Source of the DNA: Armatimonadota bacterium
GTDB lineage: Bacteria > Armatimonadota > UBA5829 > DSUL01
Length of the DNA stretch: 64,000 nucleotides
Direction of reading: 5' to 3'
Assembly: GCA_039811685.1 (NCBI GenBank)
Contig: JBDHZC010000004.1
Span: forward strand, 128,001-192,000
In this document: one piece after another, positions 20,100-29,975 of the stretch
How positions within the stretch are numbered: position 1 is the stretch's first letter
Layout of the letters: each line of letters opens with the position of its first letter
Program-made: the position numbers and the translations under genes
The notes under the pieces: model-generated
The model's database searches: none
Told to the model about the DNA's origin: nothing
The model's input: only the letters and a program-made list of their open reading frames with translations

Positions 20100-20120
20100 C
20101 GTCTATGAGCTCACGACTGC

Positions 20121-21926
20121 TCAGCGGCTGACACTGGCGCTGCCTCTGGTCTTGTGCATACGCTCCAGCAGTCTGGAGGGTGGGACGTTACTCAGTACTC
20201 TGTCTGCTGCCTCTTTCCCGTTCGGGCCGAGGAATATGACCGTAGGAAGGCCGCGCACCCCAAATCGCTTTTGCACCTCTTTTACGCGCTCGCTGCGGCT
20301 GTCAGTGGCATCAAAGCTGAGCCGTACGAAATCCCGAGATAGCGCAACGACCTTCGGGTCCCTGAACGCCCCTTCCTTGAGCTCTTCGCACGCCGCGCAC
20401 CACGTGGCTCCAAAGTCAATAATAACGGGCTGACTTTTCTCGGCCGCTTGTTGAATCCTGGCCTCTGCATAAGGCTCCCACTCGATGCCCGCGCCCTTTG
20501 GCAGAACCTGAGCAATGCCGAACAGCACCAATACTGTGCCCGCTCCAACGCGAACAACCGCCAGACTCACCGGCTTCCATCCAGAATGCTCAACAAAAGC
20601 CAGCCACAGGCCGGCGCCTATTGCCAGCGCACCCATCATATAAGATGCCGTTGTCAACCCTGTCACTGTGCGCAGGAAGTACACAGCGGCGCCCAGCATT
20701 AGAACGCCCATGAAATGCTTGACCCACTCCATCCATGCGCCGGATCGAGGGAGGCTTCCGGAAAATATGGCCAGCGCGAGGAGTGGTGTCGTAATGCCCA
20801 GCGCCAGCACAAAAAAGAGCAGCAGTCCAACCATCGGTCTGGCCAACTGCCCAACGAATGTGAGCAGAGCGATAGTTGCAGGTCCGGTGCAGGGCGCGGC
20901 GACGACCCCAAACAAAAGTCCCATAACGAACGCGCCCCCGTAACCTGCTTTCGCGCCGGATTTGCTTGCCAGAAACGCGGGCGGTTTCAATTCGTAAAGC
21001 CCGAGCATGCTCAGCCCCATAGCTGCGATAATTACGGCGAATGTCCCAAGTACCCACGGGTTGGACAGCCACGACCCAAACAGCGCTCCGGAAGTTGCTG
21101 CGGCGAATCCCAGAATGGAGTACGTCGTACACAGTCCGGCGACGTAGGTTATCGCCAGCGCAATCAAGCGCGCCCTGCTGTCAGATGCCTGGCCCTGGAA
21201 GTAGCCGAGTGTGACCGGAATCAATGGAAATACGCAGGGAGTCAGGCTCAGCAGCAGTCCAGCCCCAAACACCAGCGCAAACAGAATTACCCAACCCCGG
21301 TCGCGCACGACTCCCGCAAACGGGTTGGATTGGCTGGCTAACTGCAGATCCGGCGCTACGGTGGCCTCTGGTTCCCTGAAGAGCGCTTCTGTCGAAGCCG
21401 CAGAAGTCTCAGGACCCACAACAAGTTGTACTTTGGAAGTCGCCTCGTCAGGTGGATAGCACTGTTCATCCGTACACCCCTGATATGAGACTCGCATCTG
21501 TAGCGCGGTACTGGCCTGCGGGGCTGTCGGAGTTACCTCGGCCTTCACAAGAATTACGTCGCCGTCTTCGTAGACCGGATACTGCTTGCCGTTTGAAAAT
21601 GAGAACGCTTTCTGCTTTGGAGTCGGGTAGACAATGTTCTTTATCCGGACAGAAGCTGGCGCTCTTACCTCGAGAACAGTTGGAATGAGCGTTTCATCAG
21701 ACGGTTTGTTGGACTGAATGTGAAACCCGTTCAGAACATTCAGCCGGACGGCGACAACTGTCGCATCTCCAGGCGCAACAGTCTTGTTGCGCGCTTTGGC
21801 CGTGAGTTTAACGACTGGCTGACCGCCGGGTCCCGAGAACGCAAGGCCCTGGGCTGCGGACAGTACGGGCACTGACAGCATAGCCAGCGCAATAAGCAGA
21901 CGGGCTTTTAACAAGGGTCTCCTCAA
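20121..21926 (-). CDS. dsbD: Thiol:disulfide interchange protein DsbD
   Basis: Signal peptide; N-domain CTDEQC; TM cysteines TPCVFP and APCTGP; thioredoxin WCAAC. Confidence 0.9.
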   Translation of the reverse strand: MRRPLLKARLLIALAMLSVPVLSAAQGLAFSGPGGQPVVKLTAKARNKTVAPGDATVVAVRLNVLNGFHIQSNKPSDETLIPTVLEVRAPASVRIKNIVYPTPKQKAFSFSNGKQYPVYEDGDVILVKAEVTPTAPQASTALQMRVSYQGCTDEQCYPPDEATSKVQLVVGPETSAASTEALFREPEATVAPDLQLASQSNPFAGVVRDRGWVILFALVFGAGLLLSLTPCVFPLIPVTLGYFQGQASDSRARLIALAITYVAGLCTTYSILGFAAATSGALFGSWLSNPWVLGTFAVIIAAMGLSMLGLYELKPPAFLASKSGAKAGYGGAFVMGLLFGVVAAPCTGPATIALLTFVGQLARPMVGLLLFFVLALGITTPLLALAIFSGSLPRSGAWMEWVKHFMGVLMLGAAVYFLRTVTGLTTASYMMGALAIGAGLWLAFVEHSGWKPVSLAVVRVGAGTVLVLFGIAQVLPKGAGIEWEPYAEARIQQAAEKSQPVIIDFGATWCAACEELKEGAFRDPKVVALSRDFVRLSFDATDSRSERVKEVQKRFGVRGLPTVIFLGPNGKEAADRVLSNVPPSRLLERMHKTRGSASVSR

Positions 21927-22013
21927 GGTGTGCTCGCTGAACTGGGCGCACCTGTTGTTCGCACGCCAGCTCGCTCAATCTGTAACGACATAGTGTACAA
22001 TGGTAACGTTCGC

Positions 22014-23219
22014 ATGACAGGCATACGTTCCATCGAAGCCTTGGCTCCACCAGTTTACCTTGACTACGCAGCTACCACACCGCTGCATCCCCGCGTGCTG
22101 GAAGAAATGCTTCCGCATCTTACCCGTGAGCATGGAAATCCCTCAAGCCCACACGCTTTTGGCAGACGAGCGCGCTCGGCTGTTGATCTTGCGCGAGACC
22201 GCGTTGCCCGGCTGCTACATGGGGACATCTCCGAAGTGTGCTTCACCAGCGGAGGTACAGAGGCGGATAATCTTGCGCTATTTGGAGTCGCGCGCTCGGT
22301 CACCCAGCGGCGGCGCATCGTTGTCAGCGCCATAGAGCATCACGCAGTTCTGAACGCCGCTTCCCGGCTGGGAGAGATGGGCTTCGACGTTGTCCAGATA
22401 CCCGCCACCAGATCAGGAAGCATCGATCTGAACTCTGCCATGACACTCATCAATGAGGATACCGCGCTTGTGAGTGTGATGTTTGCTAACAATGAGACCG
22501 GCGTACTCCTGCCGATCAAGGCGATTGCCAGAATGGCCCACGAGGCGGGCGCCCTCATGCATACAGATGCTGTGCAGGCGGGCGGCCTGATGAGACTGGA
22601 CCCTCATGATCTTGGTGTGGACTTGCTGAGTATATCGGCGCACAAATTCTACGGTCCAAAGGGCGCGGGGGCACTGTGGGTGAGGCGCGGATTGAAGATC
22701 AAACCCGTGCTCTACGGCGGCGCTCAGGAGCGCGAGAGGCGGGCGGGAACCGAGAACGTTGCGGCTATTGCCGGCTTTGGCAGAGCGGCTGATGTTGCTC
22801 TGACTGAACGCAATCACTGGGTGCTGCAAGTTGACTCTGCGCGGCAGGCTTTTCAGCAAGAGCTTGCGCACCTGGAAGGCGTGCAGTATCACGGCATCGA
22901 AGAACAGCGCCTGCCCTCTATCATCAATTTCTCTGTCTCCGGCGTGGCCGCAGAGCTGCTGACGATGCGGCTGGATGGATTGGGACTGGCCATCAGCACA
23001 GGCGCCGCGTGTGCCTCTGGATCGCTGGAACCCTCACATGTCCTGCTGGCGATGGGCATGGATGAAGCTGAGGTCAGGTCCTCTGTTCGTGTGAGCTTTG
23101 GGCGAGGTTCAACGCAGGAATCTTCGCGGGCCGCCGCACAACTGCTGGGAGCCGTAGTCACCGATATGCGCCTTGCGGCATCAGCGCCCAACCCGTATTG
23201 CCGGACTGCCCGTTCGTGA
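22014..23219 (+). CDS. iscS: Cysteine desulfurase (IscS/NifS family)
   Basis: YLDYAATTP, SAHKFYGPKG (PLP lysine), STGAACASG (catalytic Cys). Confidence 0.9.
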   Translation: MTGIRSIEALAPPVYLDYAATTPLHPRVLEEMLPHLTREHGNPSSPHAFGRRARSAVDLARDRVARLLHGDISEVCFTSGGTEADNLALFGVARSVTQRRRIVVSAIEHHAVLNAASRLGEMGFDVVQIPATRSGSIDLNSAMTLINEDTALVSVMFANNETGVLLPIKAIARMAHEAGALMHTDAVQAGGLMRLDPHDLGVDLLSISAHKFYGPKGAGALWVRRGLKIKPVLYGGAQERERRAGTENVAAIAGFGRAADVALTERNHWVLQVDSARQAFQQELAHLEGVQYHGIEEQRLPSIINFSVSGVAAELLTMRLDGLGLAISTGAACASGSLEPSHVLLAMGMDEAEVRSSVRVSFGRGSTQESSRAAAQLLGAVVTDMRLAASAPNPYCRTARS

Positions 23220-23322
23220 CAGAGTTGAGCGCGTTATTTGGCGGGTAGGGCGACCTCTCACAGACGTCCAGTGCCGCATTGCTCCATAAGGGCGCATCCG
23301 GCGTGGAGCGTCCGTCATTTAA

Positions 23323-23352
23323 TTGACACTGCAGCGCGGGCGTCACTATACT
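23323..23352 (+). promoter_or_regulatory. Putative sigma70 promoter for mlaEFD
   Basis: TTGACA-18 bp-TATACT. Confidence 0.65.
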
Positions 23353-23412
23353 ACCTGCGGCGACGCGGATTAGCTTGCGCAAACCCTCTTCTGACGTCTG
23401 CCAGCAGCGCTT

Positions 23413-24249
23413 ATGGCTCAACGCGGTGACATCCTGGAAAAAACGGCTCAAGAGCTTGTGCAGGTAGCGGCGCTGCCCACACGCTACGCTTCCCAGCAGT
23501 TGATGGAGTTTCTGGAGACTCTGGGGGAGGCGGTCTATCTGCTGATCCACAGCTTCCGTTGCATGTTCAGCAGGTCACATGTCTGGGTGGATGCAGTCAC
23601 GCAGATGGGCATTCTCGGCGTCAACTCCCTGGCGCTTGTCATGATCACTGTGGCGTTCTCTGGCATGGTTTTGTCCCTGTACTCCAGCCAGCTTCTGGTC
23701 AAGTGGGGTGTCGGGAGCTTTGTGGGAGGTGGGTTGGCGCTGTCAATAGTGCGCGAAATTGCGCCCGTTCTCACGGCTGTTGTTGTCGCGGCGCGCGCTG
23801 GTTCCGCAATATCCTCGGAGATTGGCACCATGAAAGTGACTGAGCAGATTGACGCTCTGCGGTCGCTCTCTATAGACCCTGTCGAGTTTCTTGTCACTCC
23901 TCGAGTCATCGCCAGCGTCGCGGTCTTTCCCATGCTGACTGTCTTCGCCAACTGGACGGGGATGCTGGGCGGTTATCTGGTAGCGGTGTTGCAGGGAGTG
24001 GCAGGCGGTGCTTTCAAAGAATCCGTTCAGCGAATGCTTATGGGTTATGACATCTCCATGGGGCTGGTGAAGGCCGCCATCTTCGGTCTGGTTGTCGCTC
24101 TGGTGTGTTGTCAACAGGGACTGCGCACGCACGGAGGCGCTACGGGTGTGGGCCGGTCCACGACAAACGCCGTTGTCATCAGCATCGTGGCAATCTACAT
24201 TCTCAATTTCTTCCTGGCCTATATTATGTTCGGCCGGTCGATGGGCTGA
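23413..24249 (+). CDS. mlaE: MlaE family lipid ABC transporter permease
   Basis: REIAPVLTA, EIGTMKVTEQIDAL, GGATGVG.STT.AVV. Confidence 0.93.
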   Translation: MAQRGDILEKTAQELVQVAALPTRYASQQLMEFLETLGEAVYLLIHSFRCMFSRSHVWVDAVTQMGILGVNSLALVMITVAFSGMVLSLYSSQLLVKWGVGSFVGGGLALSIVREIAPVLTAVVVAARAGSAISSEIGTMKVTEQIDALRSLSIDPVEFLVTPRVIASVAVFPMLTVFANWTGMLGGYLVAVLQGVAGGAFKESVQRMLMGYDISMGLVKAAIFGLVVALVCCQQGLRTHGGATGVGRSTTNAVVISIVAIYILNFFLAYIMFGRSMG

Positions 24250-25040
24250 TGCCGACTTCGCATACCAGAAATGTTATAGAGGTTGAGGGTCTCACGTATA
24301 CTGTCGATGGCCGGACAATTCTGGCAGATCTGGCCATTGCGGTCTCAAAAGCCGAAATAGTGGGTGTTGTCGGCGCTTCGGGCTCAGGGAAAAGTACGCT
24401 GATAAAGTGTCTGGCGGCGCTTACAAGTGCGGACGCTGGCAGCATTCTCATCAACGGCAGGCAGATTGTCGGAATGCCTGAGCGCAAGCTGAAAGAGGTG
24501 CGCTCAGAGGTTGGGTTTGTCTTTCAGTATTCTGCGTTGTTTGATTCGATGACAGTTTTTGAGAATATCGCTCTTGCGCCAATGAGGCGTCTGTCGTACA
24601 CTCGAACGCAGGCGATGGAGCTGGTTCGGGAGAAGCTCCAGCTTGTTCAGCTTGACGGTGTGCAGGACTACTATCCGGGCCAGCTCTCCGGTGGTATGGC
24701 GAAGCGGGTCGGGCTTGCGCGTGCGCTTGCGCTGGAGCCGGCCATTTTGTTCTATGACGAGCCAACGAGTGGCCTTGACCCACCCACGGCCCGGTCTATA
24801 GATGAGTTGATCGTAGACATGCGCAGGCAACTCGGTGTGACCTCCGTGGTGGTCTCACACGATGTGCCTGCGCTTGCCCGGATCGCCGACAGGATTGCGC
24901 TTCTGGACGGGGGAAAAATCGCAGTAATGGCTCCTCCACAGGAGTTTGTCCGCTCTGATCATCCTGTCGTGCGCCAGTTCGTTTCTGCAGACAACTTCGG
25001 TATCGCCGACGCTGAGAAACACTCTACCGATGGTACGTGA
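24249..25040 (+). CDS. mlaF: MlaF family ABC ATPase
   Basis: GASGSGKS, FQYSALFDSM, LSGGMAKRVGLARA, YDEPTSGLDP; translationally coupled to mlaE. Confidence 0.92.
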   Translation: MPTSHTRNVIEVEGLTYTVDGRTILADLAIAVSKAEIVGVVGASGSGKSTLIKCLAALTSADAGSILINGRQIVGMPERKLKEVRSEVGFVFQYSALFDSMTVFENIALAPMRRLSYTRTQAMELVREKLQLVQLDGVQDYYPGQLSGGMAKRVGLARALALEPAILFYDEPTSGLDPPTARSIDELIVDMRRQLGVTSVVVSHDVPALARIADRIALLDGGKIAVMAPPQEFVRSDHPVVRQFVSADNFGIADAEKHSTDGT

Positions 25041-26394
25041 TTCGAGAATAAAAAACATTAAGGTTGGCATTTACGCCATCCTTTCATTCGTGTTGGTAAT
25101 TGCAGCGTACGCGTACATTCACTCGATACAGATATCTGGGCGATCGTATGACCTTGACGTAATTTTCAATGACGCCCAGGGCGTGGATACCGGCGCTCCG
25201 GTGATGATGTCCGGTGTGAAGATCGGGCAGGTGAAGCGTGTATCGCTCACAGATGCTAACAAGGCGCTCATTACGGTGCGCATACGCGCGGACCAGGATA
25301 TCCCGCCGGGCTCCGCGGCGCGTCTGGCGTCCAGTTCGCTATTGGGTGACCGCTACATTGAGTTTGTTCCGGGACCTCCCAGCAGCAAACGAATGTCTCC
25401 GGGCGAAACTCTGGTCGGCATTCCCGCAATAACGTTAGATGACTTGCTTCCCCAGGTATCTCGACTGATGGACCGTCTGGAGTCTGTCGGCGCCTCCGCT
25501 CAGAGCCTTCTGGATGACAAGCAACTGCGGCTGAGTCTGGATTCCACGATGAAGAACCTGGATGCGGCGTCTGCAGGCGCAGTCGGGCTGGTAAACGATC
25601 TGCGTTCAATAACGGCGTCAAACCGCACGCCGGTCCAGGCCATGACCAGCAACCTGGCCGCAGCGATGGGCAACCTCAACGCGGCAATCGCACAGATCAA
25701 CTCAATGATGCAGGGCGGTCGTAAGGAAGACATTCAAAATATCGTCGCGAATCTGAAAAGCGCGTCCAGACAGATCGAAGCGGCATCCACTCACGCATCG
25801 GAGGCTGCCGCCAATGCAGCGTCTCTTACAGGTGATCCACAGATGCGTCAAGATTTGCAGCAGAGTATGCAAAACGTGCGGGAAACTACCGAGTCCGCCA
25901 AAGCAATCGTGGACAGGGTAGCGCAGGTCGTCGGCGTGAAGCAGACGGGTACAGCTACAAAATCTCCGGCGGCGCGTCCGAAGCCTCCTTCGGGTCTTGG
26001 GCTCAAAGTTGACACGCTCTTCGATGCGGATCGCGGCAAGTCCAGGATAGACGCAAATTACGATTTTCGGCTGGGTGGCGACAAATTCTATCGTGTCGGG
26101 GTTTTCGACATCGGAGAGACTCCACGCGTGAATGCGCAGGTCGGAAAAGTGCTAAAAAGTGGAGATTCTCTTCGGGGCGGCCTCTACCAATCGCGGTTGG
26201 ATTTAGGGTATGATTGGCAGGCGGGTGGACTGTGGACTGTTCATGGCGACCTCTATCGGCCGAATGATCCAAGGCTGGATGTCAAGGCTCTGCGCTCAAT
26301 CAGCCCGGACATGGGCGCATGGATTGGCATCGAAGGTATCGGTGGAGGCAAAGACGGCAACCGCCCGGTTCTGGGACTTCAGTTCAAGTTTTAG
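25030..26394 (+). CDS. mlaD: Elongated MCE/MlaD protein with a beta-rich C-terminus
   Basis: TM anchor, MCE domain (GAPVMMSGVKIGQV; LLGDRYI), long helical region, beta-strand-like C-terminus ending in Phe. Confidence 0.88.
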   Translation: MVRDSRIKNIKVGIYAILSFVLVIAAYAYIHSIQISGRSYDLDVIFNDAQGVDTGAPVMMSGVKIGQVKRVSLTDANKALITVRIRADQDIPPGSAARLASSSLLGDRYIEFVPGPPSSKRMSPGETLVGIPAITLDDLLPQVSRLMDRLESVGASAQSLLDDKQLRLSLDSTMKNLDAASAGAVGLVNDLRSITASNRTPVQAMTSNLAAAMGNLNAAIAQINSMMQGGRKEDIQNIVANLKSASRQIEAASTHASEAAANAASLTGDPQMRQDLQQSMQNVRETTESAKAIVDRVAQVVGVKQTGTATKSPAARPKPPSGLGLKVDTLFDADRGKSRIDANYDFRLGGDKFYRVGVFDIGETPRVNAQVGKVLKSGDSLRGGLYQSRLDLGYDWQAGGLWTVHGDLYRPNDPRLDVKALRSISPDMGAWIGIEGIGGGKDGNRPVLGLQFKF

Positions 26395-26459
26395 GTATTA
26401 GAGCGCCCCGTTCCACCTTCAGCGCCGGTAGGGACGAGGCTCGCAGAGGTTGTTTTTCT

Positions 26460-26915
26460 ATGAAAGTAATTCTCACCAAAGAGGTTTCGAATCTCGGTAA
26501 GCAGGGTGACGTCGTCACTGTCGCCGAAGGCTATGCGCGCAATTATCTCCTCCCTCGAAAAATGGCGATTGAGGCGTCCAAAGGCAATATGCAGAACATT
26601 GAGCGTCAGCACGCTTTGGAAGAGCGCCTGAAGGAGAAGCGTGTTGCTACGGCGCAGGCTGCGGCCGGGGCGCTCGAAGGCAAGACCATCACGATCCGTG
26701 GCAAGGTGGGCGCTGGCGCGAAGCTGTTCGGCTCTATTACCGCGAGCGACATTGCCGACGCCGTCAAGGCACAAACTGGCGTAGAGCTTGATCGCCGAAA
26801 GATTGATCTGCACAAGCCGCTGCGCTCCATTGGAGAGCACGAGGTACCGGTCAGGCTGCACCGCGAAGTGTCTGGTAAGCTCAAAGTTGAGATCGTTTCC
26901 GATGAGCAGGAGTGA
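26460..26915 (+). CDS. rplI: 50S ribosomal protein L9
   Basis: MKVIL..V.NLGK.GDVV.VAEGYARNYLLP, KLFGSIT. Confidence 0.98.
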   Translation: MKVILTKEVSNLGKQGDVVTVAEGYARNYLLPRKMAIEASKGNMQNIERQHALEERLKEKRVATAQAAAGALEGKTITIRGKVGAGAKLFGSITASDIADAVKAQTGVELDRRKIDLHKPLRSIGEHEVPVRLHREVSGKLKVEIVSDEQE

Positions 26916-27075
26916 CCTGCGGTCACTGTGACGCCCTCGGGACAAATCGTCCTTCGCTGAGTTCTTCTGGTTCTGGCGGGGCTAACGCCGGGCCATTCCA
27001 GTTCCGACCTGGCTGCTCCCGCTATGCCGGAGTAGTCCGGTTATGCTCGTCTGTTCTGAAAAGGCGGTATTCCAG

Positions 27076-28515
27076 ATGATAGACTCCTTTTCGGCCTCAG
27101 AGCTGCCTTCCGGAACTGTGAAGGCGGCAAAGGCTCCGCCGCACAATCTCGAAGCTGAACAGTCCACTCTCGGTTCAATGCTGCTGGACAGCGCTGCGTG
27201 TGAGCAGGCGGCCGAGATTCTCCAGCCAGAAGACTTCTACCGTCACGCGCACCGGATTATTTTCGAGACGCTCCTCCTCCTGATTGAGAAAGACGAAGCG
27301 ATTGATCCGATTACGGTCTGCGAGGAGTTGCGCTCCAGCGAGAAACTGGAGCAGGCGGGCGGACGAGACTACGTTATCTCTCTGACGGATTTTGTCCCCT
27401 CTTCCGCCAACATCAGGTTTTACGCAGAGATCGTGCAGGAGAAAGCTATCCTGCGAAAACTGCTCGAAGCCGCACACGACATTCAGGGGCTGGGGTACTC
27501 CGAGGCGGAAGACGTTAGCTCACTTCTCGATCAGGCAGAACAGATCGTGTTCAGAGTCGGGCAACGCCGGGTTGGCGACTCCTTCCATGCCTTGCCACCT
27601 CTGCTCAACGACGCCTGGGACCGGATAGAGGCGCTCTACGGTTCGGCTGGTAAGACGACAGGTGTGCCAACGGGCTTTGAGCACCTTGACTATATGACCA
27701 GCGGTCTCCAGCCGAGCGATCTGGTTATTGTCGCTGCCCGCCCGTCAATGGGAAAGACCGCGCTTGCGCTGAACATGGCTGTTCACGGAGCGCTCAACAC
27801 CAAACAGCCCGTGGCGATCTTCAGCCTGGAGATGTCCAAAGAGCAGCTCGTGCAGCGCATTTTGTGCACAGAGGCTCGAGTCAACGGGCACTATTTGCGT
27901 ACCGGGAATCTGCGCGACGGGGATTGGGACAGAATTGCTCAGGCCAGCACGCGCCTTCAGGAAGCGCCCATCTACATTGATGACTCGCCTGAGTGCTCGG
28001 CAATGGCTATGCGCGCAAAGTGCCGCCGGCTGCGTTCGGAGCACGGACTAGGTCTCATAGTTGTGGACTATCTCCAGCTGATGCGCTGGCACCGGACGAC
28101 TGAAAACCGAAACCAGGAGATCTCCGAGATAGCCCGCTCGCTCAAAAGTCTGGCGCGGGAGATGAGGGTGCCGTTGATTGCCCTGTCTCAGCTCTCACGG
28201 CAGACAGAGCGGCGCGAAGGCAACAAACCGATGCTTTCCGACCTTCGCGAATCCGGCGCGATTGAAGCGGAAGCGGACGTCGTCATGATGATATATCGCC
28301 CTGCGTACTACCAGAATCGGGAAGTGCCGCAGGAGCCTGAGAGCGCCCGTGAAGACGGCATTGAGGTTCCAGACCACAAAGAGGGCGAGGAAGCTCAGAT
28401 CATAATAGCGAAGCAGCGCAATGGCCCAACTGGCACTGTGCGCGTGACGTTCATTCCAAAATATGCATCTTTTGAAAATCTGGCGTACAGCGTAGATGAA
28501 CCGGACCCCTACTGA
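27076..28515 (+). CDS. dnaB: Replicative DNA helicase DnaB
   Basis: PPHNLEAEQS, AARPSMGKT, VDYLQL, LSQLSR, SDLRESG, KQRNGP; no intein apparent. Confidence 0.97.
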   Translation: MIDSFSASELPSGTVKAAKAPPHNLEAEQSTLGSMLLDSAACEQAAEILQPEDFYRHAHRIIFETLLLLIEKDEAIDPITVCEELRSSEKLEQAGGRDYVISLTDFVPSSANIRFYAEIVQEKAILRKLLEAAHDIQGLGYSEAEDVSSLLDQAEQIVFRVGQRRVGDSFHALPPLLNDAWDRIEALYGSAGKTTGVPTGFEHLDYMTSGLQPSDLVIVAARPSMGKTALALNMAVHGALNTKQPVAIFSLEMSKEQLVQRILCTEARVNGHYLRTGNLRDGDWDRIAQASTRLQEAPIYIDDSPECSAMAMRAKCRRLRSEHGLGLIVVDYLQLMRWHRTTENRNQEISEIARSLKSLAREMRVPLIALSQLSRQTERREGNKPMLSDLRESGAIEAEADVVMMIYRPAYYQNREVPQEPESAREDGIEVPDHKEGEEAQIIIAKQRNGPTGTVRVTFIPKYASFENLAYSVDEPDPY

Positions 28516-28592
28516 TCTGCTCCGGGCTTGTCCGGCTGGGTCGTCGGAGTTGAACGGGTAGCGTCTGGAGTATCCGAAAATCAGGAGAGTCT

Positions 28593-29882
28593 TTGCGAGA
28601 TAGCAATCTAAATGTCTTAGTTATCGGAGGCGGCGGCAGAGAGCATGCTCTGACCGCCGCGCTTGTGTCCAGCGCTCGAGTGGCGAGTGTTGTTTGCGCT
28701 CCGGGGAACGCCGGCATGGCCCAAATAGCTGAGTGCGTGCCGGTGGGTGTCAAAGAACACGGCAGGCTGGTGGACCTGGCCCGGAAACGTGAGATAGACA
28801 TGGCAGTCTGCGGACCGGAAACGCCGCTCATTGCCGGGCTGGCTGATGAGTTTCTGGAGGCTGGAATTCCGTTCTTCGGGCCGAGAGAGTACAACGCCCA
28901 GATCGAAGGCAGCAAGATTTTTGCCAAGCAGGTGATGCAGGAAGCCAAAGTCCCCACGGGAGACTGGGAAGCCTTCGACGCCTTTGAGCCAGCTCTGAAA
29001 GCAGCCGGACGGCGGCTGAGTCGCGACGGGGGAGTGGTCATCAAGGCTGACGGAGAAGCAGCGGGCAAGGGCGTCTTCGTCTGTGAGGACATCAGTCAGG
29101 CGCAGGCTGCTCTTCAGACGATTCTCGTTGACAGGGCGTTTGGGAGCTCTGGAGATCGCGTGCTTGTCGAAGAGCGATTGACGGGTCAGGAAGTCTCGGT
29201 GATGGTCATTGCGACTGGTGAGAAGATCGTTGCCATGCCACCCGTGCAGGATCACAAGCGCGTATTTGATGGTGATCGGGGGCCCAATACCGGCGGAATG
29301 GGCTGTTATTCTCCGGTTCCGGTGTTGCCGCCTGATCTTCATCGCCAGGCTTTGGACGTGGCGGTTCTGCCAGTGCTGCGGTGGTTTGGTATCAAGGGGA
29401 TGCCCTACTTTGGCTGCTTGTACGCGGGGCTGATGATCACAGACAAGGGCCTCAAAGTTCTGGAGTACAACTGCCGCTTCGGGGACCCGGAGACACAGGT
29501 TGCCCTGCCCATGCTCAGATCAGATTTTGGCGAGATCATGGTGGCTGCGGTGTCTAATCGGTTAGACAGAATAAAGCCGGCATGGTATGATGGCTGCGGC
29601 GTTTGTGTCGTGCTGGCCTCGGGCGGATATCCGGGTGAGTATGCCACCGGGTACCCGATTCACGGCGTCGACGAGCTGAATCACACAGACAAAGTCTCGG
29701 TGTTTCACGCGGGGACATCTCTTGATGGTGATCAACTGGTCACTTCGGGCGGACGTGTGCTCTGTGTGACTGCGTTGGATGACTCCTTTGTCGAAGCTCG
29801 ACGCCGTGCCTATGAGGCTCTCAGCCACATAAGTTTCCAGGACATGCACTTTAGAAAGGATATAGGAGCCCGTCTGTCGTGA
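28593..29882 (+). CDS. purD: Phosphoribosylamine--glycine ligase
   Basis: GGGGREHAL, QDHKR, GPNTGGMG, RFGDPETQ, GGRVL. Confidence 0.97.
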   Translation: MRDSNLNVLVIGGGGREHALTAALVSSARVASVVCAPGNAGMAQIAECVPVGVKEHGRLVDLARKREIDMAVCGPETPLIAGLADEFLEAGIPFFGPREYNAQIEGSKIFAKQVMQEAKVPTGDWEAFDAFEPALKAAGRRLSRDGGVVIKADGEAAGKGVFVCEDISQAQAALQTILVDRAFGSSGDRVLVEERLTGQEVSVMVIATGEKIVAMPPVQDHKRVFDGDRGPNTGGMGCYSPVPVLPPDLHRQALDVAVLPVLRWFGIKGMPYFGCLYAGLMITDKGLKVLEYNCRFGDPETQVALPMLRSDFGEIMVAAVSNRLDRIKPAWYDGCGVCVVLASGGYPGEYATGYPIHGVDELNHTDKVSVFHAGTSLDGDQLVTSGGRVLCVTALDDSFVEARRRAYEALSHISFQDMHFRKDIGARLS

Positions 29883-29975
29883 GAGTTTGGATTCCTTCAT
29901 CCGGACCATTCTCAGCGGGTTACTGTATCCAGATTTTCCCCTCTCTCAGCTTTCTGCCAGCCGGAGGCGCAAATC

